Source: Eledone cirrhosa
Taxonomy: Eukaryota
Assembly (NCBI GenBank): GCA_964016885.1
Contig: OZ024764.1
Location: 1,488,001-1,552,000, forward strand
Direction: 5' to 3'
Length of the DNA: 64,000 nt
Under the pieces are notes generated by a model. It was not told the DNA's origin, made no database searches, and was given only the letters and a program-made list of their open reading frames with translations. The position numbers were made by a program, and so were the translations under genes. Positions within the stretch are counted from its first letter, which is position 1, and every line of letters starts with the position of its first letter. Positions 45,101 through 57,995 of the stretch are shown here, one piece after another.

Positions 45101-45692
45101 AAATATAAACACTTTAACCCTTTCATTACCATATTTCTAATGAAAGACACTGTTGGTGTTTGGTACATAACTTAACAAAGGTTCCTACATAAAATTATGA
45201 TGGAAGGTTTTTAGATAAATATAAACACTTTAACCCTTTCATTACCTTATTTCTAATGAAAGACACTGTTGGTGTTTGGAACATAACTTAACAAAGGTTC
45301 TTACATAAAATTATGATGGAAGGTTTTTAGATAAATATAAACACTTTAACCCTTTCATTACCATATTTCTAATGGAAGACACCGTTGGTGTTTGGAACAT
45401 AACTTAACAAAGTTTCCTACATAAAATTATGATGGAAGGTTTTTAGATAAATATAAACACTTTAACCCTTTCATTACCATATTTCTAATGAAAGACACTG
45501 TTGGTGTTTGGAACATAACTTAACAAAGGTTCCTACATAAAATTATGATGGAAGGTCTTTAGATAAATATAAACACTTTAACCCTTTCATTACCATATTT
45601 CGAATGAAAGACACTGTTGGTGTTTGGAACATAACTTCACAAAGTTTCCTACATAAAATTATGATGGAAGGTTTTTAGATAAATATAAACAC
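42148..45692. repeat. 116-bp satellite, ~30 copies
   Basis: Period 116; each unit contains ttaaccctttcattaccatatttc, resembling a TTAA-CCC MITE terminus. Confidence 0.95.
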
Positions 45693-45854
45693 ATATACAT
45701 TTACACACAGATTCATACAGATACACAAACATATATACACATACACACACTCACACAAATACACACACATATATACATATTACTGTATTAGATGTTTGGA
45801 CAGACAAGGGCCATTTTGGGGCACCGCCACTGATATAAACAGAAACAAACACAG

Positions 45855-46170
45855 ATCATCATTTTATGCCCTCTTTTCCCTGCTTCCAAGGGTGAGACGG
45901 GTCCTATTCAGTACAGCATCTCTTCACTTGTTACGGTCCATCATCATCTCCTCCGTGAGCTTCAGCGATCTGAGGTCTGCTCTCACCACCTACATCCATG
46001 ATTTTTGTGGTCTTCCTCTACTGCGTCTTCCTTCTACTGTGATTTCCTTGCACTTCTTTACCCAGCAGTCATCCTCCATGTGCATCACATGTCCATACCA
46101 TCTTATCCCTCTTATACCCAGTTTCTCTCTCAACACATCACATGTCCATACCATCTCAGTCTTCTCTCCC
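45855..46170 (-). mobile_element. RTE-clade LINE 3' fragment
   Basis: LREKLGIRGIRWYGHVMHMEDDCWVKKCKEITVEGRRSRGRPQKSW; 3' part matches 23880-24070. Confidence 0.85.
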
Positions 46171-46176
46171 ACACAC

Positions 46177-46684
46177 CACCTACATGACCACTTTACAGTG
46201 TGGACTGGGTACTTTTTGTTGTGACACCTACATGACCACTTTACAGTGTGGACTGGGTACTTTTTGTTGTGACACCTACATGACCACTTTACAGTGTGGA
46301 CTGGGTGCTTTTTGTTGTGACACCTACATGACCACTTTACAGTGTAGACTGGGTGCTTTTTGTTGTGACACCTACATGACCACTTTACAGTGTAGACTGG
46401 GTGCTTTTTGTTGTGACACCTACATGACCACTTTACAGTGTAGACTGGGTGCTTTTTGTTGTGACACCTACATGACCACTTTACAGTGTAGACTGGGTGC
46501 TTTTTGTTGTGACACCTACATGACCACTTTACAGTGTAGACTGGGTGCTTTTTGTTGTGACACCTACATGACCACTTTACAGTGTAGACTGGGTGCTTTT
46601 TGTTGTGACACCTACATGACCACTTTACAGTGTAGACTGGGTACTTTTTGTTGTGACACCTACATGACCACTTTACAGTGGACT
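46177..46684. repeat. 48-bp minisatellite, ~10 copies (SINE module)
   Basis: Unit cacctacatgaccactttacagtgtagactgggtgctttttgttgtga. Confidence 0.93.
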
Positions 46685-47286
46685 GAAGTTGGAGGATGGA
46701 GTGTGGTGGGGAGTATATTGGGTTAAGAGGTGCCTACTGACTAGGTTTAACTATGTATGCAGGGGAAGGCCGGTCTTCTGTATAACTGAAGCCCCTTTGC
46801 ACAACTGAAGCCCCCCTTTTTAAAATTATATTTTACTTTATATTTTGACGTTTTAGGCATTTTTTGGGGATCACGTCTAATATTTGCGGATTTTCACTCT
46901 TCGTAGGTGTTCTAGGAATGTAACCCCCCACGAATACTGGACACGCACACACACACAACCATACATTTATACAGTAAAACCTCGCAGTACAGGTGCCCCA
47001 TAGTACCAGTAATTAGCTGTACAAACCAAGGCTTGTGTGAATGTTTATCTTGTACAAGTGAAAATCTGCAGTACCAGTTTCATACAATTAATAAAAAACA
47101 ATTTACATATTTCTTTTACATTCTCTTTTATTATGTTTTTATAATTGTTATTTTCCTTGTAACTGAACCTTTTTTCCTTTAAAACCCATAAAAATTGCTT
47201 TTTGGGTGGTTTTATGGGCCTGGAACAGATTATTTATCGTATTTCCCGGCACCAAAGACGCTTCATCCAAAAATTTGAAAAAAAAT

Positions 47287-47730
47287 ATTGTTTCTACTTT
47301 TGGCACAAGGCCAGTAATTACTCCAGTACATTACTGGTACTTTATTTTATCAACCCCAATACATTACTGGTACTTTATTTTATCAACTCCAGTGCATTAC
47401 TGGTACTTTATTTTATCAACCCCAATACATTACTGGTACTTTATTTTATCAACCCCAGTGCCTTACTGGTACTTTATTTTATCAACCCAAATGCATTACT
47501 GGTACTTTATTTTATCAACCCCAGTGCATTACTGGTACTTTATTTTATCAACCCCAGTGCATTACTGGTACTTTATTTTATCAACCCCAGTCTATTACTG
47601 GTACTTTATTTTATCGACCCCGTAAGGATGAAAGGCAAAGTGAACCTCGGCGGGATTTGAACTCAGAATGGCAAGGGCCGTAACTCTATGCTGGAAAGCA
47701 TGGCATCCGACTCTATACCGATACTGCCAA
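47287..47730 (-). mobile_element. Second-family tRNA SINE with an internal 33-bp array
   Basis: Matches 60038-60222 in reverse; unit cattactggtactttattttatcaaccccagtg, ~9 copies. Confidence 0.88.
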
Positions 47731-47967
47731 ATAATAAACAACCTTCGGCCTCCAGGACTCATGGTAGATCTTTGAGACTTATTTTATGAAAAAAGTAGGG
47801 TCTTCGACACCGGGAAATAGGGTAATGGTAATTTCAATGGGGAAAATTGATTTGTAAACCTCCATACTTCCTGAGATTCACCAACACTACACCTGATATT
47901 CCCCCCCCCCCCTCCATACACATGCATGTATCTGTGTGTATTTAATGACTCATACACTGTTCATATT

Positions 47968-48453
47968 CCTGAGTTCAAATCCCGCCGAGGTTAACTTTGC
48001 TTTTCATCCTTACGGGGTCGATAAAATAAAGTACCAGTAATGCACTGGGGTTGATAAAATAAAATAAAGTACCAGTAATGCACTGAGGTTGATAAAATAG
48101 AATAAAGTACCAGTAATGCATTGGAGTTGATAAAATAAAGTACCAGTAATGCATTGGGGTTGATAAAATAAAGTACCAGTAATAGACTGGGGTTGATAGA
48201 ATAAAGTACCAGTAATGTACTGGGGTTGATAAAATAAAGTACCAGTAATGCACTGGGGTTGATAAAATAAAGTACCAGTAATGCATTGGGGTTGATAGAT
48301 TAAAGTACCAGTAATGCATTGGGGTTGATAGAATAAAGTACCAGTAATGCATTGGGGTTGATAAAATAAAGTACCAGTAATGCAGTAATAAAATAAAGTA
48401 CCAGTAATGCACTGGGGTAATTGCTGGCCTTGTGCCAAAAGTAGAAACAATTA
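47968..48453 (+). mobile_element. 5'-truncated second-family SINE with an internal 33-bp array
   Basis: Begins at the B box ctgagttcaaatcc; ~12 units. Confidence 0.88.
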
Positions 48454-48552
48454 TTGTATATATTGTATAAGGATTTCTGTGATGGAAGGAATGAAACTGT
48501 TACTGCCACGTGTCTCTGTAGTTATATATAGTCTATGTTGTTGTCTTTCCAG

Positions 48553-49538
48553 ATCCTGTCTTGGAATATCTCTCTCCACTGTACAACAACACACCAATGA
48601 CACCACTGATACCAACACCGACACCAACACCAGTGACACCAATGACACCAATGACATCACTGACACCAACACCAACGACATCACCGACATCGAAGATGAG
48701 GATGTCAGCAATTCCCTCCCATGTTAGGCTAGAGATCAACAAGACTAATAACAACAGTAACAACAACAACAACAATCATAACAGCAGCAATAGTAACAAC
48801 AACAGTAACAACAACAACAACAGTAACAACAACAACAACAACACGAACAACAATGATAACAGCAGCAATAGTAACAACAACAACAACAACAACAACAACA
48901 ACCACCTTCATATAGAACTGTTGCTAAGGGGAAGCCGGTACCCTGCAGTACTGAAACCTTGCCGACAGATTCACCTCCCCTTAACATTGATACGACCACC
49001 ACCGACACCACCACAACCACCACAACCACCAACACAACCACCACCACAACCAACACAACCACCAACACCACCACCAACACCGACACAACCACAACCACCA
49101 CAACCACCAACACCCACACAACCACCGACACCAACACAACCACCAACACAACCGCCGACACCAACACAACCACCGACACAACCACCGACACAACCACCGA
49201 CACCACCAACACCACCGACACAACCAAAACAGTCACCACCACAATCTCCGACCCCACCACAACCATCAAATTCACCACCAGCACCACCACATTCACCAAC
49301 AACACCACAACCATCAACGACACCACCGACACCACCACAACCATCAACAACACCACCAACAGCACCACAACCATCAACGACACCACCGACACCACCACAA
49401 CCATCAACAACACCACCGACACCACCACCATTGCTTCAGAGTGGTATATTGGTATCTGGCAGCAATACAGCAGCTACTACTACTACTACTACTACTACTA
49501 CTGTTACAAATAGTAGCAGTAGTAGTAGTAATATTAAG
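48553..49538 (+). CDS. Probable exon of an M12B (ADAM/ADAMTS-like) metalloprotease, prodomain region with poly-Asn and Pro/Thr/Gln tracts
   Basis: Acceptor ttgtctttccag, donor AAG|gtaatt, open frame with unique segments (IPSHVRLEI, HLHIELLLRGSRYP); ends in phase 0, matching the next exon. Confidence 0.6.
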
Positions 49539-49684
49539 GTAATTATTGTCATCATCATCATCATCATCACCATCATCACCATCATCATTATCCTTATCAT
49601 CACCATCATCATCATCATCATCACCATCATCATTATCGTTCTTATTATCACTATTGCCTGTCAAGAATATTTTGAAGAAAAATA

Positions 49685-52590
49685 GAATGAGATGGCTAGG
49701 TCATGTGTTGAGGAAGGATGACAGAGACTGGAATGAGATGGCTAGGTCATGTGTTGAGGAAGGATGACAGAGACTGGAATGAGATGGCTAGGTCATGTGT
49801 TGAGGAAGGATGGCAGAGACTGGAATGAGATGGCTAGGTCATGTGTTGAGGAAGGATGGCAGAGACTGGAATGAGATGGCTAGGTCATGTGTTGAGGAAG
49901 GATGGCAGAGACTGGAATGAGATGGCTAGGTTATGTGTTGGGGAAGGATGGCAGAGACTGGAATGAGATGGCTAGGTCATGTGTTGGGGAAGGATGGCAG
50001 AGACTGGAATGAGATGGCTAGGTCATGTGTTGGGGAAGGATGGCAGAGACTGGAATGAGATGGCTAGGTCATGTGTTGGGGAAGGATGGCAGAGACTGGA
50101 ATGAGATGGCTAGGTCATGTGTTGAGGAAGGATGGCAGAGACTGGAATGAGATGGCTAGGTCATGTGTTGAGGAAGGATGGCAGAGACTGGAATGAGATG
50201 GCTAGGTCATGTGTTGAGGAAGAATGACAGACTGGAATGAGATGGCTAGGTCATGTGTTGGGGAAGAATGGCAGAGACTGGAATGAGATGGCTAGGTCAT
50301 GTGTTGAGGAAGGATGGCAGAGACTGGAATGAGATGGCTAGGTCATGTGTTGAGGAAGGATGGCAGAGACTGGAATGAGATGGCTAGGTCATGTGTTGGG
50401 GAAGAATGACAGAGACTGGAATGAGATGGCTAGGTCATGTGTTGGGGATGAATGACAGAGACTGGAATGAGATGGCTAGGTCATGTGTTGGGGAAGGATG
50501 ACAGAGACTGGAATGAGATGGCTAGGTCATGTGTTGAGGAAGGATGACAGAGACTGGAATGAGATGGCTAGATCATGTGTTGGGGAAGAATGAGAGAGAC
50601 TGGAATGAGATGGCTAGGTCATGTGTTGAGGAAGGATGACAGAGACTGGAATGAGATGGCTAGGTCATGTGTTGAGGAAGGATGACAGAGACTGGAATGA
50701 GATGGCTAGGTCATGTGTTGGGGAAGAATGACAGAGACTGGAATGAGATGGCTAGGTCATGTGTTGGGGAAGAATGACAGAGACTGGAATGAGATGGCTA
50801 GGTCATGTGTTGGGGAAGGATGACAGAGACTGGAATGAGATGGCTAGGTCATGTGTTGAGGAAGAATGACAGAGACTGGAATGAGATGGCTAGGTCATGT
50901 GTTGGGGAAGAATGACAGAGACTGGAATGAGATGGCTAGGTCATGTGTTGAGGAAGAATGACAGACTGGAATGAGATGGCTAGGTCATGTGTTGGGGAAG
51001 GATGACAGAGACTGGAATGAGATGGCTAGGTCATGTGTTGAGGAAGAATGACAGACTGGAATGAGATGGCTAGGTCATGTGTTGGGGAAGGATGACAGAC
51101 TGGAATGAGATGGCTAGGTCATGTGTTGAGGAAGGATGGCAGAGACTGGAATGAGATGGCTAGGTCATGTGTTGAGGAAGGATGGCAGAGACTGGAATGA
51201 GATGGCTAGGTCATGTGTTGGGGAAGAATGGCAGAGACTGGAATGAGATGGCTAGGTCATGTGTTGGGGAAGGATGACAGAGACTGGAATGAGATGGCTA
51301 GGTCATGTGTTGAGGAAGAATGACAGAGACTGGAATGAGATGGCTAGGTCATGCGTTGGGGAAGAATGAGAGAGACTGGAATGAGATGGCTAGGTCATGT
51401 GTTGAGGAAGGATGACAGAGACTGGAATGAGATGGCTAGGTCATGTGTTGGGGAAGAATGACAGAGACTGGAATGAGATGGCTAGGTCATGTGTTGGGGA
51501 AGAATGACAGAGACTGGAATGAGATGGCTAGGTCATGTGTTGGGGAAGGATGACAGAGACTGGAATGAGATGGCTAGGTCATGTGTTGAGGAAGAATGAC
51601 AGAGACTGGAATGAGATGGCTAGGTCATGTGTTGGGGAAGGATGACAGACTGGAATGAGATGGCTAGGTCATGTGTTGAGGAAGAATGACAGAGACTGGA
51701 ATGAGATGGCTAGGTCATGTGTTGGGGAAGGATGACAGACTGGAATGAGATGGCTAGGTCATGTGTTGAGGAAGAATGACAGAAACTGGAATGAGATGGC
51801 TAGGTCATGTGTTGGGGAAGAATGACAGAGACTGGAATGAGATGGCTAGGTCATGTGTTGGGGAAGAACGACAGAGACTGGAATGAGATGGCTAGGTCAT
51901 GTGTTGAGGAAGAATGACAGAGACTGGAATGAGATGGCTAGGTCATGTGTTGAGGAAGGATGACAGAGACTGGAATGAGATGGCTAGGTCATGTGTTGAG
52001 GAAGAACGACAGAGACTGGAATGAGATGGCTAGGTCATGTGTTGAGGAAGAATGACAGAGACTGGAATGAGATGGCTAGGTCATGTGTTGAGGAAGAACG
52101 ACAGAGACTGGAATGAGATGGCTAGGTCATGTGTTGGGGAAGAATGACAGAGACTGGAATGAGATGGCTAGGTCATGTGTTGGGGAAGGATGACAGAGAC
52201 TGGAATGAGATGGCTAGGTCATGTGTTGGGGAAGGATGACAGAGACTGGAATGAGATGGCTAGGTCATGTGTTGAGGAAGAATGACAGACTGGAATGAGA
52301 TGGCTAGGTCATGTGTTGGGGAAGGATGACAGAGACTGGAATGAGATGGCTAGGTCATGTGTTGAGGAAGAATGACAGACTGGAATGAGATGGCTAGGTC
52401 ATGTGTTGGGGAAGGATGACAGAGACTGGAATGAGATGGCTAGGTCATGTGTTGGGGAAGGATGACAGAGACTGGAATGAGATGGCTAGGTCATGTGTTG
52501 AGGAAGGATGACAGACTGGAATGAGATGGCTAGGTCATGTGTTGGGGAAGGATGACAGACTGGAATGAGATGGCTAGGTCATGTGTTGGG
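49685..52590. repeat. 46-bp minisatellite, ~63 copies, derived from RTE LINE coding sequence
   Basis: Period 46. The lead-in and first unit read VKNILKKNRMRWLGHVLRKDDRDW; after the array the sequence resumes gggaaaagtagagatctt. Confidence 0.93.
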
Positions 52591-52683
52591 GGAAAAGTAG
52601 AGATCTTGTCAGAAGGACCCTCATTGCTGCTAACTCCTGCAAGGAAGAGGCCATAAAATACTTTTTGGTGTTGTTGACTAATC

Positions 52684-53135
52684 TAACCCTGCAGCATTTA
52701 AACCAGCCATATCTGGCCAGAATTCTCTCACCTCTTTCTATTCAAACTGACCATAACTGGCCACTCATACTGATGTTAAAGTATTATGTGAGGTAAAGCC
52801 TTTACTGTGAAAATACAATAGTATATATAGAGTAATGTAAATGTTATGTGAGATATTATGTGAGGTAAAGCCTTTACTGTGAAAATACAATAGTATATAT
52901 AGAGTAATGTAAATGTTATGTGAGATATTATGGGAGGTAAAGCCTTTACTGTGACAATACAATAGTATATATAGAGTAATGTAAATGTTATGTGAGATAT
53001 TATGTGAGGTAAACCCTTTACTGTGACAATACAATAGTATATATAGAGTAATGTAAATGTTATGTGAGATATTATGTGAGGTAAAGCCTTTACTGTGACA
53101 ATACAATAGTATATATAGAGTAATGTAAATGTTAA
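52684..53135 (-). mobile_element. Third copy of the TTAA MITE with a 72-bp array, ~5 units
   Basis: Reverse complement of the 35427-36495 ends and unit. Confidence 0.85.
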
Positions 53136-53207
53136 AGTGTTAAGAACTAAATGTTCTATTTCATATATATCATATATAATTTGCTATTGTATTTTTATGT
53201 TCTATAG

Positions 53208-53300
53208 GTTGTTGCCATTTATGAAGAGGTGAATGGCAGTGGTGTTTTTTACCTTCATTGTATGAAGAGTTACCTGAACGGGACCTGTGATTATCTCCTG
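53208..53300 (+). CDS. Probable internal exon of the same gene (VVAIYEEVNGSGVFYLHCMKSYLNGTCDYLL)
   Basis: Acceptor tttttatgttctatag, donor CTG|gtaaat, 93 nt, phase 0-0, no stops. Confidence 0.7.
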
Positions 53301-53371
53301 GTAAATATCTTTTAATCTCCTACAATCAAATGCCCTTCTTGTCACCAACCCCTTTTTTGGCACCTCTCACA

Positions 53372-54292
53372 TCACTCTGTAAAGTGGTAGTATTGGTGTC
53401 ATGATATAATACACCCAGTACACTCTGTAAAGTGGTAGTGTTGGTGTCATGATATAATACACCCAGTACACTCTGTAAAGTGGTAGTATTGGTGTCATGA
53501 TATAATACACCCAGTACACTCTGTAAAGTGGTAGTGTTGGTGTCATGATATAATACACCCAGTACACTCTGTAAAGTGGTAGTATTGGTGTCATGATATA
53601 ATACACCCAGTACACTCTGTAAAGTGGTAGTGTTGGTGTCATGATATAATACACCCAGTACACTCTGTGAAGTGGTAGTGCTGGTGTCATGATAAAATAC
53701 ACCCAGTACACTCTGTAAAGTGGTAGTGGTGGTGTCATGATAAAATACATCCAGTACACTCTGTAAAGTGGTAGTGTTGGTGTCATGATATAATACACCC
53801 AGTACACTCTGTGAAGTGGTAGTGCTGGTGTCATGATAAAATACACCCAGTACACTCTGTAAAGTGGTAGTGGTGGTGTCATGATAAAATACATCCAGTA
53901 CACTCTGTAAAGTGGTAGTATTGGTGTCATGATATAATACACCCAGTACACTCTGTAAAGTGGTAGTGCTGGTGTCATGATATAATACACCCAGTACACT
54001 CTGTAAAGTGGTAGTGTTGGTGTCATGATCTACACCCAGTACACTCTGTAAAGTGGTAGTGTTCGTGTCATGTTAAAATACACCCAGTACACTCTGTAAA
54101 GTGGTAGTGTTGGTGTCATGATATAATACACCCAGTACACTCTGTAAAGTGGTAGTGCTGGTGTCATGATATAATACACCCAGTACACTCTGTAAAGTGG
54201 TAGTGTTGGTGTCATGATATAATACACCCAGTACACTCTGTAAAGTGGTAGTGGTGGTGTCATGATAAAATACACCCAGTACACTCTGTAAA
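53372..54292. repeat. 48-bp minisatellite, ~19 copies, filling most of an intron
   Basis: Unit cactctgtaaagtggtagtgttggtgtcatgatataatacacccagta; diverged reverse-orientation homolog of the SINE module. Confidence 0.93.
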
Positions 54293-54363
54293 GGGGTTGT
54301 TCTCTTCACCTGTTAATTAAATACACACCTGTTAATATTGTTACATGTTACCTTATATTACAG

Positions 54364-55346
54364 GTGGGCACGCTATGTCACCAACACCAGCGACAACATG
54401 AGAGATGCTACAGGGTTGGAGTTCAACTACCACTGCAACCACCACACTCACCGCTCTCAACTTTGTCACCAACAACTGTTGAATCTACCACCAGCCCAAC
54501 ATCATCATCAACACCAACACCACCACCACAAACACCACCAACATCACCTACACCACCACCACAAACACCACCACCACCACCACAAACACCTCCAACATCA
54601 CCAACACCACCAACATCACCTACACCACCACCACAAACACCACCAACATCACCAACACCACAAACACCACCAACATCACCTACACCACCACCATCACAAA
54701 CACCACAAACATCACCAACACCACCACCACCACAAACACCACCACCATCACAAACCTCAACAACACCACCACCATCACAAACATCACCAACACCACCATC
54801 ACAAACACCACCACCACCATCACAAACATCAACAACACCACCACAAATATCAAAAGCACCACCAACACCACCACCATCACAAACATCAACAACACCACCA
54901 CAAACATCAAAAGCACCACCAACACCACCACCACCACCATCACAAACATCAACAACACCACCACAAACATCAAAAGCACCAACACCACCACCACCATCAC
55001 AAACATCAACAACACCACCAACACCACCACCATCACAAACATCAAAAGCACCACCAACACCACCACCATCACAAACACCAACATCACAAACACCACCAAC
55101 ACCACCACAAACATCAAAAGCACCACCAACACCATCACAAACACCAACATCACCAACACCACCAACAACAATAACACCACCACCACTAGCATCACAAACC
55201 CCAACACCACCACCACTAGCATCACAAACACCAACAACAACATCAACAGTGGCAGTTGAGAGAGAGATGAGAGACAGAAGAAAGAGAGGTGTCCATGAGC
55301 TTGTGGTTCAACTTCTAATTGTCGTTGACTTTTCCCTATATGAGAT
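54364..55346 (+). CDS. Probable exon: mucin-like Pro/Thr/Gln/Ser stalk, furin site and start of an M12B (reprolysin) catalytic domain
   Basis: Acceptor tattacag, donor AT|gtaagt. Ends RDRRKR-GVHELVVQLLIVVDFSLYE, like the xELLVVVD first strand of ADAM/ADAMTS catalytic domains. The HExxH motif is not in the window. Confidence 0.75.
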
Positions 55347-55395
55347 GTAAGTACATTCTTATCTTAGAACCCTATCTCCTTATAATATATAATAT

Positions 55396-55870
55396 CATCA
55401 TCATCATCATCGTTTAACGTCCGTGTTCCACGCTTGCATGGGTTTGGACGGGAGTTTTCCCACTTGAAGCAAGAGTGGTTGTCTTGCTCGCATAGGACTG
55501 TCTGGCGGGTTTTCTACAGTTGAATGCCCTTCCTAACACCAACCACATTTACAGTGTGGGGCTGGGAGGTTTTTACCGTGTTGCCTACACGGCCACATTA
55601 CAGCGTGGACTGTCTGGCAGGTTTTCTACAGCTGGATGACCTTCCTAACACCAACCACGTTTACAGTGTGGGGCTGGGAGGTTTTTACTGTGTTGCCTAC
55701 ACGGCCACATTACAGCGTGGACTGTCTGGCGGGTTTTCTACAGCTGGATGCCCTTCCTAACACCAACCACGTTTACAGTGTGGGACTGGGACGTTTTTAC
55801 CGTGTTGCCTACACGGCCACATTACAGCGTGGATTGTGTGTTTTTTTTGTCGTGACACCTACACGATCTC
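55396..55870 (-). mobile_element. SINE-related fragment with a 112-bp unit, 3 copies
   Basis: Matches 10598-10907 in reverse. Confidence 0.8.
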
Positions 55871-56088
55871 ATTTGTTTCGGCCTGGATTATATAATATAT
55901 AATATATAATATATTATATATAATATATAATATTGTTATACTTTGGGAGGGTCATGTTGCCAATAAGAAACACACGCACCAGTTGCTTTCACTTCAATTT
56001 AATTTATTATATATTTATAAATTTACAAATTTATAAATTTCTGGTTGGTTGGTTGGTTCCACAACCAGATAGTTGTTTATATATATAT

Positions 56089-56133
56089 AGTCATAGTTCT
56101 TTCGTCACACACTCTGTGACCTCTTCAGTGACT
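56089..56133 (-). ncRNA. Minimal type I hammerhead ribozyme, left arm
   Basis: Reverse complement of 59735-59779. Confidence 0.9.
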
Positions 56134-56438
56134 GGGGATTTCTTTCTTCGTTTCTGTGCCTTTCCTTTCTTCTATCCTACGCCATTTTGTTTGTGTGTGG
56201 GTTGCGTGCTCAGTTTACGCATGCGCCACATCCGGGTGTCTGTGTGGGTTTGTGTTCATTTTTCTATTTTTCTATTTATATTTTTCTATTTGTTTGTTTA
56301 TTTATTTATTTATTGTTGGTTGGTTGTTTGTTCTATGTGTGTGTGTGTTTTCATTTTGTCTTGTGTGTGTTTTCATTTTGTGTGTGTTTTCAATTGTAAG
56401 TTGTTTGTTCTATGTGTGTGTGTGTTTTCATTTTGTCC

Positions 56439-57872
56439 TTAATTGTAAGTTGTGATGTTGCTGTTCCACTCATATTTTCTATTTAATTTTGGTTTTAATT
56501 CTTTTATGCTTACTGCCTCTGTAATTTGCCTAAACATTGCGTCTTTCTTGTGTGTGGATTCTATTTTTATTTCTATGCTCTCTAATTTACCCCTGTGTTC
56601 TATCTTAGCATGTTGGTAGAGCACAGATGATTCTTTATTATCTTGGAGGTCTCGCCAGTGTTCATTTATTCGTTCCCCTATACTACGAGCTGTCTCACCT
56701 ATGTACACTATATTTTTGTTTCTATATTGTCCTTCAGTACATCTTATGCTATATACTACATTTCTAGTTTTACAGTTAATATGGGGGCTTATTTTACAGG
56801 TTATACATTTCTTATCTATACATGAGGGTCTTTGGAACGGGTATGTCTTGCTAATAAGTGTTTTTACGGAGGTACCAGGTCTTTCTACTATCTTAATATT
56901 GAGATTATGTTTCTTTAGGGCCCTTCTAAATTTGTAGGCTAGTTCGCCTCTAGGGGTTGTATTGATGAACATTACACTCTGGTATTTATTGCTATCATAC
57001 CATGAGTTTATTCTATTGGCCTTGTTCTTAGTTCTTTCTATTCTATTCCAAAATTTGCTCCTATACAAGGGGCAGGTCCCATTTATGTCATTATTTACCA
57101 TTTTTTCCCATTTGGTTCTGGCTCCTTTATACACTCTGATTCTATCTCTCTGATTGTAGCCAGAGAACTGCATACGGTGGATGAAGTGTTGTATGTGTCT
57201 CTCTAGTTCTTCGGGGTTGCACATGCGGGACACATTTCTCATCACCCGTACCAAATCCGCAATCAGTATGTTGATTTTGGTATGGTCCGAAATGGCCGAG
57301 TTTCGGTGGATCAGATGTTTGGAAGTCATGGGTTTGGCATAATGGGAATGGAGGATTTGTTTTTGGTTGTTAATTGTATCTAACCAGAGCTCTGTGTCTA
57401 GTACAGGTAATCGATGGTTGGGGTGTCTACTTGGGTAGTCTATAGTAACTCTAATGCTCTGGTGGATGGAGTTTGCTATTTGCTGGATGCTTTCCATTGT
57501 GTTTTTCTCTAGTTCCTGACTGTTCTTTAGTGGGGGTGTCTTAACTACGATGTTTATATCATCTACGTAGCGGGAGTACATTATCAGGGTTAAGCTGTCT
57601 TCTAATTGTTCATTAAGTTTTTGTTTAAGTCTACTGTCCCACCATACCATGAATAAGTTAGCTATGTTGCCTGCAATGCTAACACCAATGGCTGCTCCTT
57701 CCTCTTGGGCATATGTTTTACCATTAAATTTGAACATATGTTCCTTAAGGGTTAATTTTATGCTGGCCCCTACCGCATGTGCAATCATTTTCTTCAGTTC
57801 ATCGTGGTTTTCGGGTGTCCGTATGGCTCTGGTCCACCCGTTCCATCTAACTGTGTGGGTTTTCTTGGCCAT
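56439..57872 (-). CDS. Penelope-like RT (C-terminal half) + GIY-YIG endonuclease, N-terminally truncated
   Basis: QEEGAAIG, RYVDD, CIDKKCITC, NVVYSIRC, VYIGETAR; the frame is open to the palindrome centre and RT motif A is missing. Confidence 0.9.
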   Translation of the reverse strand: MAKKTHTVRWNGWTRAIRTPENHDELKKMIAHAVGASIKLTLKEHMFKFNGKTYAQEEGAAIGVSIAGNIANLFMVWWDSRLKQKLNEQLEDSLTLIMYSRYVDDINIVVKTPPLKNSQELEKNTMESIQQIANSIHQSIRVTIDYPSRHPNHRLPVLDTELWLDTINNQKQILHSHYAKPMTSKHLIHRNSAISDHTKINILIADLVRVMRNVSRMCNPEELERHIQHFIHRMQFSGYNQRDRIRVYKGARTKWEKMVNNDINGTCPLYRSKFWNRIERTKNKANRINSWYDSNKYQSVMFINTTPRGELAYKFRRALKKHNLNIKIVERPGTSVKTLISKTYPFQRPSCIDKKCITCKISPHINCKTRNVVYSIRCTEGQYRNKNIVYIGETARSIGERINEHWRDLQDNKESSVLYQHAKIEHRGKLESIEIKIESTHKKDAMFRQITEAVSIKELKPKLNRKYEWNSNITTYN

Positions 57873-57995
57873 TGAGGTAATGGTAGGTGGTCTGCCTCTT
57901 GCTGGTCTTGTAGGGCACAGGTTGCACAGGTTGCTAACCTTAGCAACCTGTGCCCTACAAGACCAGCAAGAGGCAGACCACCTACCATTACCTCA

